DNA of 60,896 nt, from positions 1 through 60,896 of the forward strand of contig CAZYKQ010000002.1 in the NCBI GenBank assembly GCA_964648235.1. Reading direction: 5' to 3'. Position numbers and translations under genes: made by a program. Below, one piece after another: positions 58,511-60,896 of this stretch (its first letter is position 1; the number at the start of each line of letters is the position of its first letter). Source of the DNA: an uncultured Christensenella sp. (GTDB taxonomy: Bacteria > Bacillota > Clostridia > Christensenellales > Aristaeellaceae). The notes under the pieces were generated by a model. The model was not told the DNA's origin. It did not search any database and saw only the letters and a list, made by a program, of their open reading frames with translations.

Positions 58511-59725
58511 ATGAATAAACGAATCGTTCTCATCTTCTTGGTTTTTGCACTGGTTTGCTGCTTCAATGCCGTGCTGTCTGAAAACGTAAGGTTGCGTACT
58601 GTCAGCACCTTCGCCGGTATGGATGCCGGGCTTGAGTATGTTGATCTGCTTCATACCTGGGAAGCGCAGACGGGCAACCAGGTAGATGACCGTTCCGCTG
58701 CCTCCGATGAGTCATGGAAAATAGCGATGCTCAATGATTTCGCTGCCGGCAACGAACCTGATGTGTTTTTCTTCTTCGCGTGTACAGCCGATTCAAAGCC
58801 CCTGCTAAGCCGCGTAGTTCCAATTCGTTTGATCAATGAAACCTATCCGGGCCTTCACCTCAGGGAAAGCGAAAGCCTGCGGGAGGACGACGGGCTGGTC
58901 TACGCCATCGATGTTCGTCCCTTCTGGGAGGGCTTGTTTATTAACACGGATCTGTTTGAGCGCTACGGTCTTGAACTGCCGACAGACAGTGAAAAATTCG
59001 AGAGGGCGGTTCAAATTTTTCGAAGGAACAACATCATCCCTCTTGCGATTTCCTTAAGCGACATCCCACACTACCTTGTTGAGTTTTCTATTCTCTCAAG
59101 CGGAAGCGTAAAAGATCATCAGTCTCGTCCCAAACAAAATGCCGATATCCCCGATTCATGGGCCAGAGGCATGGAACTGATACGGCATCTGTATAAAATC
59201 GGTGCTTTCCCTGACAATGTGAATGCCACTTCAGAGGATTTAACCACTGCCCTGTTCATCAACAAGCAGGCAGCCATGCTGTTGGACGGGTCCTGGCGTG
59301 CCAACAGCATCCCCAATGAAAGCTGGAATACAACGATCGTTCTCCCGTTCCCTGTTTTCAGTGAGGAGGCTGATCCCAGCGCCATAATTGGAGGTACCTC
59401 CATGGGATTTTATATCAGCAAGCGTGCCTGGGAGGATGAAACGAAACGCGATGCTGCCGTCAGCCTTTTAGCTCATTTGACCAGTGATAGCGCGCGGGCA
59501 AAACTTGGTTTTTCCTTTGAGGGAGAGATGCTGAAAAGCGCCATCGCCCTTACAGGAACGGCTTCAGAAAATGGAACGCTGGCCTTTCCGATCAGTGATG
59601 CGATGGACTCCGGGGCGCGCAGCTACTGGTTTAGTCAGATACCATCCATTGCCGATGGTTCCGCAGACATTCACCAGGTATTGCAGGAGATGGTCCGGCG
59701 CGGCGCGTTCACAAGATCAAAATAA
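58511..59725 (+). CDS. Extracellular solute-binding protein (family 1, sugar-type)
   Basis: Signal sequence, 404 aa, typical sugar-SBP fold signatures (DVFFF, LDGSW). Starts immediately after the kinase TAG. Confidence 0.8.
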   Translation: MNKRIVLIFLVFALVCCFNAVLSENVRLRTVSTFAGMDAGLEYVDLLHTWEAQTGNQVDDRSAASDESWKIAMLNDFAAGNEPDVFFFFACTADSKPLLSRVVPIRLINETYPGLHLRESESLREDDGLVYAIDVRPFWEGLFINTDLFERYGLELPTDSEKFERAVQIFRRNNIIPLAISLSDIPHYLVEFSILSSGSVKDHQSRPKQNADIPDSWARGMELIRHLYKIGAFPDNVNATSEDLTTALFINKQAAMLLDGSWRANSIPNESWNTTIVLPFPVFSEEADPSAIIGGTSMGFYISKRAWEDETKRDAAVSLLAHLTSDSARAKLGFSFEGEMLKSAIALTGTASENGTLAFPISDAMDSGARSYWFSQIPSIADGSADIHQVLQEMVRRGAFTRSK

Positions 59726-59733
59726 GGGGGCAG

Positions 59734-60513
59734 ATGATGCTGTTAAAAGTTGTACTGGTGGATGATGAGCAGATCATACTAAATGGTCTAAAAAGTGTGA
59801 TTGTATGGGAAAACTACGGATGCAAAGTGGTTGGTACAGCAACGGATGGAAAAAGTGGGCTTGAAATGGTACGACGTTTAAAGCCGGATATTCTGTTCAC
59901 TGATATTCGCATGCCTAATTTGGATGGTATCGCGATGATCGCGGCGCTCAAAAGTGAATTTCCAAGCATGCAAGTCAGCATATTAACCGCCTACCGTGAA
60001 TTTGATTATGCGCGCAAGGCCCTTTCCTTAGGGGTAGCGCGTTATCTGCTAAAGCCCAGCAAAATGAATGAGCTGGAGGAAGCAATTGCTTATATGTCAG
60101 GCTTGCTGCACGATAGCAGGCCCTCTGAAACTGATCAAAATTTACAGGCTGATAGCGGCGGCAGCTCGGATCCATCAGCTTTTATTGTGAGTGCAGCTTT
60201 GCAGTATATGAAGGAAAACTGCCACCGGCGCATCCGACTGTCAGACGTAGCGGACAGCGTATATGTCAGCCAGTGGCATCTTTCAAAGCTTCTTAACCGG
60301 TATACAAACAAAAGCTTTTTTGACACCTTAAGTGAGCTTCGGATCGCTAAATCCAAGGAAATGATCTCAGACCCTTCTTTACGCATCCATGAAATCGCGC
60401 TGATGGTGGGTTTCTCCGATGTTGCGCACTTTTCAAAGACCTTCAAACGGCTTACAGGTAAATCGCCTGTTGATTACAGATTAAATCGCGACAGATCAAA
60501 CCCCGGAGGATAA
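59734..60513 (+). CDS. Response regulator, REC plus AraC-type HTH (YesN-like)
   Basis: REC (VLVDDE, phospho-acceptor in LFTDIRMP, K in LLKP). C-terminal AraC HTH (IALMVGFSDVAHFSKTFKRLTGKSP). Confidence 0.92.
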   Translation: MMLLKVVLVDDEQIILNGLKSVIVWENYGCKVVGTATDGKSGLEMVRRLKPDILFTDIRMPNLDGIAMIAALKSEFPSMQVSILTAYREFDYARKALSLGVARYLLKPSKMNELEEAIAYMSGLLHDSRPSETDQNLQADSGGSSDPSAFIVSAALQYMKENCHRRIRLSDVADSVYVSQWHLSKLLNRYTNKSFFDTLSELRIAKSKEMISDPSLRIHEIALMVGFSDVAHFSKTFKRLTGKSPVDYRLNRDRSNPGG

Positions 60514-60721
60514 TTCGAAAAAGAATTATGGCCATCTGCTATGGTTTTACAAGATGCTGATCCTCAGCGATATGCAAGCTTTTACCTTCATACCGGATCT
60601 GGCAAATTTTTAGGCGGAATCTGATAGAGTCGATCTGATGACTACTCGGGAGGGTCTGCGCCGGAAAGGATTGGAGCTTCGCGATATGATTTCCAGCGAT
60701 TGGGTATCAATCAATAAGGAA

Positions 60722-60751
60722 AAGCCTTGAAATCGAGAGATTTCAAGGCTT
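60722..60751 (-). terminator. Intrinsic terminator after tRNA-Trp
   Basis: AAGCCTTGAAATC-GAGA-GATTTCAAGGCTT, a perfect 13-bp stem. The minus strand continues TTTCCTTATT. Confidence 0.6.
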
Positions 60752-60754
60752 AGC

Positions 60755-60828
60755 TGGCAGGGGCAGAAGGACTCGAACCCTCAACAAAGGTTTTGGAGAC
60801 CCACGTGTTACCATTACACCATGCCCCT
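60755..60828 (-). tRNA. tRNA-Trp (anticodon CCA), CCA encoded
   Basis: AGGGGCA/TGCCCCT acceptor, D arm GTGT/ACAC, anticodon loop CTCCAAA, T arm GAGGG-TTCGAGT-CCTTC. 74 nt. GGTCTCCAAAACC core as in bacterial tRNA-Trp. Confidence 0.92.
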
Positions 60829-60844
60829 TTAAGTCAACAGCGAT

Positions 60845-60873
60845 ATTATAGCCAAGCCCTCTCCCGGTGTCAA
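60845..60873 (-). promoter_or_regulatory. Consensus sigma-A promoter of tRNA-Trp (TTGACA-17-TATAAT)
   Basis: Minus strand TTGACA CCGGGAGAGGGCTTGGC TATAAT. The -10 ends 16 nt before the mature tRNA 5-prime end. Confidence 0.6.
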
Positions 60874-60896
60874 GCGCAAATTGTTGATTTGCTTTA

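Overview
About 61 kb of a Firmicutes-type (Clostridia-like) chromosome, densely coding. I support about 55 CDS and 2 tRNA genes (Ala-GGC, Trp-CCA). I saw no rRNA, CRISPR array, transposase, integrase or phage genes. The backbone is housekeeping with classic Firmicutes synteny: nadK-argR-recN, tilS-hpt-ftsH, comEC-holA-rsmG, pgsA-guaB, potABCD behind an XRE-cupin regulator, hutH/hutU/hutI, and clpB behind a consensus sigma-A promoter with a CtsR-type operator. Genes from 6350 to 24935 all lie on the minus strand. All product calls come from reading the supplied translations (motif and architecture recognition from memory); no searches were run. No classical defence or mobile system is visible. 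The least explained parts are: (i) a tight six-gene envelope operon at 27307-32674 (GT2-GtrA fusion, phosphodiester glycosidase, divergent Lgt-like protein, DUF896, two tandem SH3b-VanW paralogues); (ii) a 631-bp ORF-free spacer at 17728-18358 inside an otherwise compact gene string, on the same strand as nadK-argR-recN (candidate large structured RNA or long leader); (iii) a six-gene operon at 32721-38062 (AI-2E transporter, ABC pair with a degenerate ATPase, DppA-like peptidase, two TIM-barrel isomerases); (iv) a translationally coupled double-zinc-ribbon/TPM protein pair heading a helicase-ALDH string; (v) an ECF sigma / DUF4349 anti-sigma / SIMPL operon.
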